From Candidatus Hydrogenedentota bacterium (GTDB lineage Bacteria; Hydrogenedentota; Hydrogenedentia; Hydrogenedentales; SLHB01): 64,000 nucleotides of DNA. Each line of letters begins with the position of its first letter. Within the stretch, counting starts at the first letter, position 1. Made by a program: the position numbers and the translations under genes. Below, one piece after another: positions 20,874 through 30,588 of this stretch. The notes beneath the pieces were generated by a model. The model had not been told where the DNA came from and ran no database searches. It saw nothing but the letters and a program-made list of their open reading frames with translations. The stretch spans positions 864,001-928,000 of the forward strand of contig CAXXTH010000010.1 of the NCBI GenBank assembly GCA_963668025.2, written 5' to 3'.

Positions 20874-22624
20874 GGGGCTTCGCCTCCGTTTTCGATGGGT
20901 TTGTCATTCGCCATGCTGAGGATGTTGCGCACCAATTCTTCGCTGCGCGCGGTCGATTCCCCGAGGAACTGGGCCATCTCCTGGGCGGCCTTGATTTGGT
21001 GCTCCATGAGTTCGTGCGCCTTTCGGATGGTTTGCGCGCGCAGGCGCTTGAGGCGTTCCTGGGTGTCGAGGCTATTGGTGATGTTGACGAAGATGCCGAC
21101 ATATTGCCGCTCGTCGCGCATGGCATATACGATCTGGTGGCACACGAGGTTATACCGGTCATGGCGCGCCGTGAGCTCGGTCATCATGTCATGGCCGCCA
21201 GCGATTTGCTCGAATGGCTCGGGGTCCACCAAATACGAGATGCGCTTGCCCAGCACGCTGTCCGTGCACTGGAACATGGAGCGGAACGCGGGATTCATGT
21301 AGAGCAATTCGAGCTGGGCGTTCAATATCACTACGCCGTTGGGCGTCGATTCGAGGATCTTATCCGAGCGCTGTTCCGCGAGGCGGCGCATGTAGGGGAT
21401 GCACATCTCGGGTACGGCCATGCCGCGCAACACCGCAATCGCCTTGTCGCGGCAGGAGGCGTACCCGCACGCGCCGCAATTGAGCTGGTCGTCAGGATTC
21501 GCCTTGCCGGTCTGCTCGAAGACAGCCTGGATTTGCTCTTCCGTGAACACGGCTTCCTTGGCTTTATTCGAGCCGTATTCCGCATGTAAATCCACTGGCT
21601 CGCTCCGGTATTCGATAGGCTCCGCGCCCGCATAATTCGCGGCATATTCGAGGAGCTCGCCGCGCCGCACATACATGTTCGCTTCGCTGGGCATGCCGGG
21701 GCCGTTCACGCAGCCTTGCGGGCAAAAGAGCGGCTCCACGAGCATGGTGTGTTCGCCTTCCCGCAGACTATCAAGGGCCTGGCGCACCTCCGCAATGCCG
21801 CTCACGGCGAGGCAATCGGCGGCCAAGAGGTCCGTATGCAGCGAGGCCGTGCGCGCGAGGCCGCCGGGCACGGGGAAGAAGCGCGCGTCTCCCGTGGGCT
21901 CTTCATCGAAGCCGCCGTCCTGGCGGGCCGCCAATACGACGCCTGCGCGCCGAAGCCATTCTTCCAACTCCACGAAGGTAAGAACGCAATCCACCAGGCC
22001 CTCATTTTCCGTACGTTCCGCCTCGGCCTTCTTCGCCACGCATGGGCCGATGAAAAACACCTTCGCCTTTTTGCCCAGACGGCGCTTCAGAATCTTGGCG
22101 TGGGCCAGCATGGGCGATAAGATGGGCGTTAGCTTAGGCGCGAGGTCGGGCTCGTATTGTTCGACGTAGCTCACCACCGCCGGGCACGCCGTGCAGATGT
22201 GGCTGCCGCCGCCGCAGGCATTGATATGCTCCGCCGTGGCATGCGCCACTTCATACGCGCCGATGGCCGTCTCACCCACATAGGCGAATCCAAGCTGCCG
22301 CAACGCCGTGGGGAGTTTGGCGCGGTCTTCGGCCTTGAAATAGGCTGCAAATGAGGGGGCCACGCTAACGGCAAACACGCCGCCCGCCGCCATGAGGCGC
22401 GCCGCACGCTCGACATCATTGCGGAAGGTCTTCGCCTCCTGTGGGCACTCGCGGATGCAGGTGCCGCAGGCGATGCAGCGGTCTGCCTCGACGAAGGCCT
22501 GGCCACCCACGACGCGGATGGCCTTCACCGGGCACGCCCGCAAACAGCGGTAGCAGTCGCGGCACCGCGCCTTGTTGGTGAACACCACTTGCCCTGGCTT
22601 CTGGGGAACGCCTTGTGTATTCAT
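20849..22624 (-). CDS. Sensory [FeFe]-hydrogenase-like protein with PAS domain (HydS/HfsB-like)
   Basis: Two ferredoxin motifs; variant H-cluster motifs TACPAVV, GPCVAKKAE, FCPQGC; NCGACGY..C FeS motif; C-terminal PAS. Confidence 0.85.
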   Translation of the reverse strand: MNTQGVPQKPGQVVFTNKARCRDCYRCLRACPVKAIRVVGGQAFVEADRCIACGTCIRECPQEAKTFRNDVERAARLMAAGGVFAVSVAPSFAAYFKAEDRAKLPTALRQLGFAYVGETAIGAYEVAHATAEHINACGGGSHICTACPAVVSYVEQYEPDLAPKLTPILSPMLAHAKILKRRLGKKAKVFFIGPCVAKKAEAERTENEGLVDCVLTFVELEEWLRRAGVVLAARQDGGFDEEPTGDARFFPVPGGLARTASLHTDLLAADCLAVSGIAEVRQALDSLREGEHTMLVEPLFCPQGCVNGPGMPSEANMYVRRGELLEYAANYAGAEPIEYRSEPVDLHAEYGSNKAKEAVFTEEQIQAVFEQTGKANPDDQLNCGACGYASCRDKAIAVLRGMAVPEMCIPYMRRLAEQRSDKILESTPNGVVILNAQLELLYMNPAFRSMFQCTDSVLGKRISYLVDPEPFEQIAGGHDMMTELTARHDRYNLVCHQIVYAMRDERQYVGIFVNITNSLDTQERLKRLRAQTIRKAHELMEHQIKAAQEMAQFLGESTARSEELVRNILSMANDKPIENGGEAPWDTGTSK

Positions 22625-22661
22625 GGGTCCTCGTCTCTGAAACGGGTAAACACGTTTGAGA

Positions 22662-22803
22662 ATCTGGGGAACCCTTTCTTTCGCAGAAAGGGTTCCCCAG
22701 ACCCCTCCCAAAGAACTTCGATTTCGCTTCGCGCTTGATGCAAAATCAAAGGTTTTTGGAAAGGGGTTCGGGGAAAACCTTTTTGCAAAAAGGTTTTCCC
22801 CGC
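22662..22803. repeat. Palindromic intergenic repeat between hydA and hydS
   Basis: GGGAACCCTTTCT..AGAAAGGGTTCCCC hairpin plus inverted partner AAAGGTTTTTGGAAAGGGGTTCGGGGAAAACCTTTTTGCAAAAAGGTTTTCCCC. Confidence 0.6.
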
Positions 22804-22818
22804 CTTCCCTATTCCAAA

Positions 22819-24984
22819 CTAATTGGCCGCGCCCTGTTTGCTCGCGCAGGCCTCACAGCCGCCGCTGCATTCGGCACGGCGCTGTTCCAGGAAGCGGACC
22901 AGGCTAGCCGTAACCTGATTCTCAAAGTCCTCGGGCTGTAGCGAAGAAGTCATCTCGGGCTTGGCGGTGAGGGTGTCGAGCAGCTTGCCCACTTCCTCGT
23001 CCAGCGCCGCTTTGGCTTGGTCAAGGGTGCAGCGCTCCATCACCCGCCCCGCGATGGTCACGGTCGGACCACGGTCGCACCGTTCCATACAGAACGTGGC
23101 CTTCACATCCACGCATGATTCCATCTTTGACGCACTCACATACTTCATGAGGCCCGACAGGATTTTCTGTGCGCCGCGCAAGTGGCAGCTCGTGCCTACG
23201 CAGACCGTTACCGCGATCCGGTCGATGCCCGCGCCGATGTGGAGCGCCATATCTTCGTGGGCCACGCGCCTGCGATTCTGGTAACCGGTGTGGAGGAGGC
23301 GGTGCGCCGTATGGCCGCCCACGTCGCCCAGCACCTTCTTATACATGTCTACAATATACGTGTTTTCTTCCGAAGAATGGACTTGCAGTTCCTTGTCGTT
23401 GGCATATAGCCCTTGGGTGCGTTTTTTGCGCGCCTGCATGTCAGTGGTTACGGGCTGCCCCGCGCCGCCGATGCATCCGCCCGGGCACGCCATGACCTCG
23501 ATGAAGTCATAATCGCATGCGCCCGCTTTCACTTTGTCCGCCAGCGCGCGTGCATTAGCCAAACCATGGACGACCGCCACCTTGAGCGCATGGCCGCCCA
23601 GCGTGACTTCCGCCACCCGAAGGCCCGCCTCGCCCCGGACTGCTTTGAAGTCCATCTTTTTCGGGCCGGGCCCATCGAGTTTGGCGGAGGCATAGCGCAA
23701 TACCGCCTCGCTCACGCCGCCCGAGGCCCCGAACAGGACGCCCGCGCCGGTCTTGAAGCCGAAGGGCATGTCCAGCGATTCCGGCTCGATGTCGTTGAAA
23801 TCGATACCCGCCTCGCGAATCATGCGCGCCAGTTCTTGCGTCGTCAGCACATGGTCCACATCCGGGCGGCCTTCGCGCTTGAATTTATCGAGCTTCGCCT
23901 CCGCTTTCTTGGCCGTGCAGGGCATGATGGACACCACGGAGAGCGCGTTGGCGTTAATGCCAAGTTCGCCTGGCAGTGTCTCTTTCAGCAGCGAGCCGAG
24001 CATTTGCTGCGGCGAACGGCAGGAAGAGAGATTATCCAGCAGGTCAGGATAGTACTGTTCCGCGAATTGTACCCAGGCTGGGCAGCAAGACGTGAACTGC
24101 GGGAGGTCTTTGCCCGAAGCCTTGCGTTCGAGGAATTCATTGGCCTCCTCAAAGATGGTCAGGTCAGCGGAGAAGCTGGTGTCGTACACCTTGTCGAAGC
24201 CGATGGAGCGCAAGGCGGCCACGAGCTTGCCCATGGTGAGCGCGCCCGCTTCCATGCCGAAGCATTCGCCCAAGGCCACCCGCACCGCCGGGGCGACTTG
24301 CGCCACGACCGTCTTCTTCGGGTCGTACAGGTCGTTCCACACGGCATCCACTTCCTGCTTAGGCACGATAGCGCCGGTCGGGCAGACTCGGGCGCATTGG
24401 CCGCAATAGACGCAGGCCACATCGCCCAATGCCTTGCCGTAAGCCGGTCCTACGGTTACATTCGAGCCGCGATTGGCGAAGTCGATGGCCGAGATGCCTT
24501 GCACTTCCGCACAAACGCGGACGCAATCGCCGCAGAGCACGCAACGGTTTGGGTCACGGATGAGCGAGGGGTTCTTCATATCCACCGGCATAGGTTTGCG
24601 GGTGGGCTTGAAATGGACTTCCCGGATCCCAAGGCGCTGGGCGAGGGCTTGAAGCTGGCAGGTGCCATTCTTGCCGCAGGTCGGGCAGTTCATATTGTGG
24701 TCCGCCAGCAGCAACTCGACCGTGAGCTTGCGCGTCTCGCGGATCTCTTTCGTGTTCGTATGCACGACCATGCCGGGACGGGGGGGCGTCGAGCAGGAAG
24801 TAGTGATGCCCATCCCTTCAATGTCCACGATGCATAAGCGGCACGCCCCGTAGATGCTCAGTTCGCTGTGGTAGCAGAACGTCGGGATGTCGATGCCCGC
24901 CTTTCGGATGATCTCGAGCAGATTCCGCTCGCCTTCGATGGGCATTTGTTTGCCGTCAATCGTTACAACATTCTCGGTAGTCAT
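22819..24984 (-). CDS. hydA: [FeFe]-hydrogenase catalytic subunit, group A electron-bifurcating type
   Basis: H-cluster motifs FTSCCPAW, MPCTAKKAE, EVMACPGGC; N-terminal FeS clusters; C-terminal thioredoxin-like 2Fe-2S domain. Confidence 0.93.
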   Translation of the reverse strand: MTTENVVTIDGKQMPIEGERNLLEIIRKAGIDIPTFCYHSELSIYGACRLCIVDIEGMGITTSCSTPPRPGMVVHTNTKEIRETRKLTVELLLADHNMNCPTCGKNGTCQLQALAQRLGIREVHFKPTRKPMPVDMKNPSLIRDPNRCVLCGDCVRVCAEVQGISAIDFANRGSNVTVGPAYGKALGDVACVYCGQCARVCPTGAIVPKQEVDAVWNDLYDPKKTVVAQVAPAVRVALGECFGMEAGALTMGKLVAALRSIGFDKVYDTSFSADLTIFEEANEFLERKASGKDLPQFTSCCPAWVQFAEQYYPDLLDNLSSCRSPQQMLGSLLKETLPGELGINANALSVVSIMPCTAKKAEAKLDKFKREGRPDVDHVLTTQELARMIREAGIDFNDIEPESLDMPFGFKTGAGVLFGASGGVSEAVLRYASAKLDGPGPKKMDFKAVRGEAGLRVAEVTLGGHALKVAVVHGLANARALADKVKAGACDYDFIEVMACPGGCIGGAGQPVTTDMQARKKRTQGLYANDKELQVHSSEENTYIVDMYKKVLGDVGGHTAHRLLHTGYQNRRRVAHEDMALHIGAGIDRIAVTVCVGTSCHLRGAQKILSGLMKYVSASKMESCVDVKATFCMERCDRGPTVTIAGRVMERCTLDQAKAALDEEVGKLLDTLTAKPEMTSSLQPEDFENQVTASLVRFLEQRRAECSGGCEACASKQGAAN

Positions 24985-24988
24985 CAGG

Positions 24989-26908
24989 CTATCCTCTCTT
25001 CACCGCGCCCCAGTTGCAGGCCGCTTCGCAAGCGCCGCACTTGACGCAGAGTTCCGTATCAATGGCATGGGGTTTGCGCGCTTTCCCCGTGATCGCGCCC
25101 ATGGGGCAGGCCTGCACGCAACGGGCGCATCCCGTGCATGCGGCCGGGTCGATGTGGTATTCCGCTAGGGCTTTGCAATCGCCCGCCGGGCAGCGTTTCT
25201 GGAAGACATGCGCTTCGTATTCCGCGCGGAATTGGCGCATGGTCGAAAGCACGGGATTTGGGGCTGTCTTGCCGAGGCCGCAGAGCGACGCGCGCTGGAC
25301 CGTGCGAGCCAGGCGTTCGAGCAACTCGAGGGTTTCCGCCGTGGCGCGGCCCTCGATGATGTCATCCAGGAGGGCCAGCATTTGCTTCGTGCCTTCACGG
25401 CACGGGACGCATTTGCCGCATGATTCATTTTGCGTGAACTGCATGAAGAACCGGGCCACGGCCACCATGCAGGTCTTTTGATTCATGACCACGAGGCCGC
25501 CGGAGCCTACCATAGCCCCTACGCTCTTGAGGGAGTCGAAGTCGAGGGGCAGGTCGAGATTCGCCTGCGTGAGGCATCCGCCCGACGGCCCGCCGATTTG
25601 CACCGCCTTGAAGCCGTCCGCCGCAATCGAGCCGTCCGGATTCGTGACGCCGCCGCCGATGTTGTGGACGATCTCGCGCAAGGTCGTGCCGAAGGGCACC
25701 TCGATGAGGCCCGTGTTCAGCACATGGCCTGTAAGGGCGAAGGTCTTCGTACCTGGCGAGGTTTCCGTTCCTACTTGTTTGAAGGCTAGTGCGCCCATAC
25801 GTAGGATGAGCGGCACCGTGGCCAAGGTCTCGACGTTGTTTATGACCGTCGGCTTGCCCCAAAGGCCCTTTTGGGCCGGGAATGGCGGTTTCGGCGACGG
25901 CATGCCACGCTTGCCTTCGATGGACGAGATCAGGGCGGTTTCTTCGCCGCATACGAATGCGCCCGCCCCTTCCATCACATGCAGGCGGAAGGCGAATCCA
26001 GAACCGAATACGTCATCACCCAAGATGCCCGCCATCTCGGCGTCTTCGACGGCGCGACGGACACGCTGTACGGCTAGGGGGTATTCAGCGCGCACATAGA
26101 CATACCCTTCATCGGCCCCTACGCCGCGCGCGGCGATCATCATGCCTTCGATAACGCTGTGGGGATTGCCTTCCATGACGCTGCGGTCCATGAACGCCCC
26201 AGGGTCACCCTCGTCGCCGTTGCAGATGATGTATTTCTTTTCAACGGGCTGCTGGCGTGTCAGATCCCATTTCCGGCCCGTAAGAAAGCCGCCGCCGCCG
26301 CGCCCGCGCAAGCCCGAAGCCAGGATTTCGTTGCATACGGCTTCATCGGTCATATCGGTATACGCTGTGCGGGCGGCTTGGTATCCGCCGTGGGCGATAT
26401 ATTCGTTGATGTTTTCTGGATCCAGCGTGCCGCATTCCCGAAGCACGGTGCGCCGCTGGCGGTTATAAAATGGAATTTCAGCCGGGCCGTTGCAGATATC
26501 GCCCGTCGAGGGATCGCGATATAATAAGCGCTCGACCGGCATATGGAGGACCAGCGTGTCGCGTACGATTTCGTGGACATCCGCAGGCCGCACGTGGACA
26601 TAGAGCAGGTTATCGGGAAGGATGGTCACCAGCGGCCCCATTTGGCAAAAGCCTTGGCAGCCGCTCTTGGTCACCAGGGTCGTCGCGGGGAGGCCTTCCG
26701 GTAAATCCTCGTCTTCATGCACTTGGAGCGCTGTTTCGACATTGATGCCGCGTTCACGGATCTCGTGTAAGAAGGCGTTGTATACATTCAACGCGCCGTT
26801 GGCCACGCAGCCCGTGCCCGCGCAGATGATGACGCGCCGCGTGCAGGCATTCGCCGCCGCTTGGTATTGGGCGGCCACGGCGTCGATATCGCAGGTTGCC
26901 GTGATCAT
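24989..26908 (-). CDS. hydB: NADH/FMN-binding subunit (NuoF-like)
   Basis: SGLRGRGGGGF, NGDEGDPGAFMDR, CGEETAL, ESCGKCVPCREG, C-terminal ferredoxin motifs. Confidence 0.93.
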   Translation of the reverse strand: MITATCDIDAVAAQYQAAANACTRRVIICAGTGCVANGALNVYNAFLHEIRERGINVETALQVHEDEDLPEGLPATTLVTKSGCQGFCQMGPLVTILPDNLLYVHVRPADVHEIVRDTLVLHMPVERLLYRDPSTGDICNGPAEIPFYNRQRRTVLRECGTLDPENINEYIAHGGYQAARTAYTDMTDEAVCNEILASGLRGRGGGGFLTGRKWDLTRQQPVEKKYIICNGDEGDPGAFMDRSVMEGNPHSVIEGMMIAARGVGADEGYVYVRAEYPLAVQRVRRAVEDAEMAGILGDDVFGSGFAFRLHVMEGAGAFVCGEETALISSIEGKRGMPSPKPPFPAQKGLWGKPTVINNVETLATVPLILRMGALAFKQVGTETSPGTKTFALTGHVLNTGLIEVPFGTTLREIVHNIGGGVTNPDGSIAADGFKAVQIGGPSGGCLTQANLDLPLDFDSLKSVGAMVGSGGLVVMNQKTCMVAVARFFMQFTQNESCGKCVPCREGTKQMLALLDDIIEGRATAETLELLERLARTVQRASLCGLGKTAPNPVLSTMRQFRAEYEAHVFQKRCPAGDCKALAEYHIDPAACTGCARCVQACPMGAITGKARKPHAIDTELCVKCGACEAACNWGAVKRG

Positions 26909-27414
26909 GAAACATTCTCCTCTTCCATCAGGCTCTCGACCAGCTCGACCGCTTTTTCTGATGTCACTTGGCCGTAGACTTCCTCGTTAATCATCATCAC
27001 CGGGGCCAGCCCGCATGCGCCCAGGCACGATACGGTCTCGACGGTGAACAGCATGTCCTTGGTGGTTTGGCGTTCGGCGGTCAGGTTAAGCAGGTTGCGC
27101 ACGGCCTCGAGAATGGGTGGCGTTCCTTTGACATGGCATGCCGTGCCGTCGCATAGCCGGATAATGTATTTGCCTTTGGGTTGCAGCGTGAAGTGGGCGT
27201 AAAAGCTCGCCACGCCATACACCTGGGCCGGGCTTAGGCCAAGGTCCATGGCCACATAGGTGAGCACGTCCTCGGGGAGGTATCTGTACTCGTTTTGGAC
27301 GGCCTGGAGGATCGGGATGAGCCGGGACGAATCATGCCCGTTCTTATCGAGGATCCCGCAGAGCACATCAAAGCTGTGGACGGTATTGCTTGATGCGGTT
27401 TCAGTTGCTTGCAT
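26905..27414 (-). CDS. hydC: 2Fe-2S subunit (NuoE-like)
   Basis: CDGTACH...CLGACGLAP. Confidence 0.92.
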   Translation of the reverse strand: MQATETASSNTVHSFDVLCGILDKNGHDSSRLIPILQAVQNEYRYLPEDVLTYVAMDLGLSPAQVYGVASFYAHFTLQPKGKYIIRLCDGTACHVKGTPPILEAVRNLLNLTAERQTTKDMLFTVETVSCLGACGLAPVMMINEEVYGQVTSEKAVELVESLMEEENVS

Positions 27415-27483
27415 GTTTTTATTCCTTTTGCGCATGCGCCTCACTCGAGAAGCGCCACCATATGATTGCCATGCCTGCTGGAG

Positions 27484-28149
27484 TTAGATGGCTGAGGCCC
27501 CTGCCGCCGCTTGAGCCGCGGAAAGGCGGCGGGACAGCACCGCCAAGGAGGCGAACAGGTCTTCATCCTGGACAATGACCTCCTCGGTGGCGTTGATGGA
27601 TGTGGGGGTGAAATTCCATATGGCGCGGATGCCGCCCGCCACCATTTGGTCGGCCACGTACTGCGCCTCTTCCGCTGGAGTGGTGATGATCCCGATGAGG
27701 ATGTGCATGCGCCGCGCTAGGTTGGCCAGCTTTTCAAGTGGCAGGATTTCCTTGCCATGGATAACTTGGCCGGTTTTTACCTTATCGGTGTCGAACGCCG
27801 CCACAATGTCGATCCCGTAGCGGTTGAACTGCTGATGGCCCAGCAATGCGGAGCCCAAGCTCCCTGCGCCTGCAAGAAAGGCTTGTTTCGGATTGTTCCA
27901 TCCCAAAAAGTGCTCGATGGAAGCAATCAGGTCATGCAAGTCATACCCGACCTTAGGTTTGCCCTCGATGCCCGTCAACGCGATGTCTTTGCGGATCTGG
28001 GTCGGGTCGAGATTGAGTTCACGCCCGATCATGCTGCACGACACCGATTCAACGCCCTGGGTTTCCAGCAGCTTGAGGAAGTGGTGGTATCCGGGCAGGC
28101 GGCGCAAGGCAGGCTCCGGGATTGGTTTGAGTTGTTCGATAACGTCCAT
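27484..28149 (-). CDS. rex: Redox-sensing transcriptional repressor Rex
   Basis: RRLPGY, QIRKD, GKPKVGY, GAGSLG, IWNFTP. Confidence 0.93.
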   Translation of the reverse strand: MDVIEQLKPIPEPALRRLPGYHHFLKLLETQGVESVSCSMIGRELNLDPTQIRKDIALTGIEGKPKVGYDLHDLIASIEHFLGWNNPKQAFLAGAGSLGSALLGHQQFNRYGIDIVAAFDTDKVKTGQVIHGKEILPLEKLANLARRMHILIGIITTPAEEAQYVADQMVAGGIRAIWNFTPTSINATEEVIVQDEDLFASLAVLSRRLSAAQAAAGASAI

Positions 28150-28494
28150 TTGAAACTCCTTTATTTGGTCGATTTATATCGAGAAGAAATTCTTTAAATG
28201 AATTGTACATCAGGATTTTTATTTTGTCAAGGCAATAAAGAAAAATATATTTATTGCGGTAACATACGGATATTATTAGGCTTAATTGGGCGGATCCGGC
28301 TGGATCTACTTTGGGTCTTTAAGGAAAGATTTGGATTTAAAAGAAATTTATATCGATATAATTTTCTTTAAATATGGTGATCGTTATGAAAAAAAGTGCA
28401 TATGGAGTAATAGAATGCTCCTGGTTGACGATAAGAAAGCGAGAAGCTGCATTCTCATTATCTGTAGATACGTGCATTTTGCGAAAACCGAAAA

Positions 28495-30302
28495 GGGCCT
28501 GCGTCAAAAAAGTGGGTTTTCATCCGGTTCTTTGTTCCCAATACTCCTCGAAGCGATTGGATTGAATAAGGCATCGCAACGCCGTAATGGCATTTGCGCC
28601 ACGGACGGTCCATTCCATACCGGAGTGCTTCATACGCTGGCCAACGACCGTCCTGCACGCCGCTTCAATGACTCCCGAGCCAACGAATAGTCCCTTGGCA
28701 AAAAATCGTTGTAGCGCATGCGTTCTTTGTTCGTCTCAAAATAGCCGATGGCGGTAACGGCTTCTTTGGCATCCGGCCCATTGTTTGGCAACAGCACGGC
28801 GGCTTCTTCCACGATGGTTTCGATCTTTCCCTCATCCAGATCGTCCCACCATTTGCCCTTGTACAAGGCCAAACGTTTTTCGTCGCGTCCAAACAACAAT
28901 TTGCACAGGTTCCCGAGATGCTCGCGCGCGTGATACAAGTCGACTACGTGGATGGCGGCGTGAAAATGGGTTTGTACGATGTTTCGTATCCATTCGGCCC
29001 CATCGGTGAGGCATACGACGCGTTTGGCCCTGAACAATCCGCGGCGGACGGCCTCGGCGTAGATGCGCCATTGAAACTGTTCGGACGTCTCGATGGCGCC
29101 CACGAAACTGGCGGAGCCCCTATCCCGGATGGGGCGGCCTTTTTCGTTGAAGGCGGTTTGAGAAAAAACGCATCCGATTTTCACCTCGCGGGTTTTGGGC
29201 TTGCCGTTTTGATATTTTCCCTTGCGGCCTTCGAGCGCCTCGGGCACCATGGGAACGCCGCTGCCGTCGAACTCGATGTAAAGGGTCTCGATAGTTTTGG
29301 CGGCATCGGGAGGCGGCGGTTCCTGGAATCGGATACGGTCCCGTTCTTGCGCGAACCAGTGGGCGGCTTGCTGGCCGGTCTGTTCCGCGATACGCTCACA
29401 GTCCTTGCGGCTGATCACGAGTCCGGCGGCTGCTTTCAGTTGTTGCGACACCCTTTTGAATGGGGCGTCGCTGGCGAAATCCGCCACGAGACGCCGCACA
29501 CCCGGCGAATAGCGCGTGTTGGCGACATCGAGCTCCTCGTCGCCGGGATACCGCCATTTGCCGCACCGGGGGCACCGGTAGGCGGTGCGCGTAAAGCGGA
29601 TCTTGCCCAAAAGAGTGACGATGGTTTTTGTCTTCAGGCCACGGCTTTTCATTACCGCCATGCATGAGCAACGCGCTTTTTCCCCGCGCCGGCCCACGCC
29701 CACCTTTCTTAAAAAGGCATCGAGCGCCTTGGCCCCTCCCATGAGGGCCGCGCCGCGCAGGGCTTGTTCCAATGCTTCGAGATCCGTTCCCGCCGCGCGT
29801 TTTGCCGCGTTGAAAATCCGCGTTACTTCGGCGTCTTTTTCGATGGCGGCTTGCGTTTTTTTTTTGAGGGCGTCTTGTTCGGCGCTCTGCATCCGTTCCA
29901 GTTCGCCCAGTTCTTGGGCCACCGACTCGAATTGTCTGCATACATCCCGGAAACGTTTATAGTTTTCCTCATCCTGACGCGCGCGGTTCAATTCTTGCTC
30001 GCCGCAAATGCGTTCGCTCACGGTCTTATTGTTTTTCTTGCTTGTCCATAAGTAATAGGGTCCGCGTAACTCTCGCGTTTTTTTCCCGTCCTTGATAGAG
30101 GGAAACCATTGTTCATTGAGGGATCCTTTTCTCAAGGTTCGTATTTCGCCCAATTGATCGAGCAAGTCCAAGCGTTTTTCTTCCAGCGTGCGTTTATTGG
30201 CCATGATTGGTTCTCCTCTCTATTTATTGTAGTAATCTTACTACATACATCGGGCCAAAAAAAGGGGGGGAAAACGAAAACCCACTTTTTTGACGCAGGC
30301 CC
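28495..30302 (-). mobile_element. ISKra4-like insertion sequence, 1808 bp
   Basis: Perfect 27-bp TIRs GGGCCTGCGTCAAAAAAGTGGGTTTTC at 28495-28521 and 30276-30302; 9-bp flanking direct repeat AACCGAAAA. Confidence 0.92.
28520..30204 (-). CDS. ISKra4-family transposase with N-terminal DUF6788-like domain; frameshift at T6 near 28700
   Basis: EFDGSGVP, TREVKIG, LTDGAEWI, DLYHAREH; shifted frame gives GLFVGSGVIEAAC..VVGQRMKHSGMEW to a stop at 28520. Confidence 0.85.
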
Positions 30303-30588
30303 AACCGAAAAAGATAGATTGCAGTTCCATTAAAATCATGTTAGCATGGCGCATGCCGGTAATAGCTCATGCGTCCGTTTGCAGAAGCCGTCTGCGATGG
30401 AATTTGGGAAAAGCGGGGGCAAAGCTAGGGTATGCCGGACAGGCCTCGGGGTGGCTTTTTCGTATCCGGAACACATGAAGAGCGTTCCGTGCGAACAGCA
30501 TAAAGGCACAAGAACAGGCGAAAAGGCGCGCAAGCGCAGGGCTTGCGCCCACTGGCCATTAACTGCAATCAAGGAAGGGGGCAGACCT

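Noticed and set aside
23413-24837. 474-aa plus-strand ORF and similar long antisense ORFs over hydB and cas1
   Set aside because: Antisense shadows of well-supported genes
24989-27414. nuoEF of respiratory complex I
   Set aside because: Adjacent to an H-cluster hydA with no membrane nuo genes, so these are HydB and HydC
28150-28494. Rex operator upstream of rex
   Set aside because: No convincing TTGTGAA-N4-TTCACAA palindrome found, only half-site-like TTGTCAA and TTGTACA
30346-30588. Long N-terminal extensions in the ORF track (also 36005, 22711, 6300)
   Set aside because: Downstream ATGs with RBS or signal peptide fit better; the 22711 extension runs through a palindromic repeat
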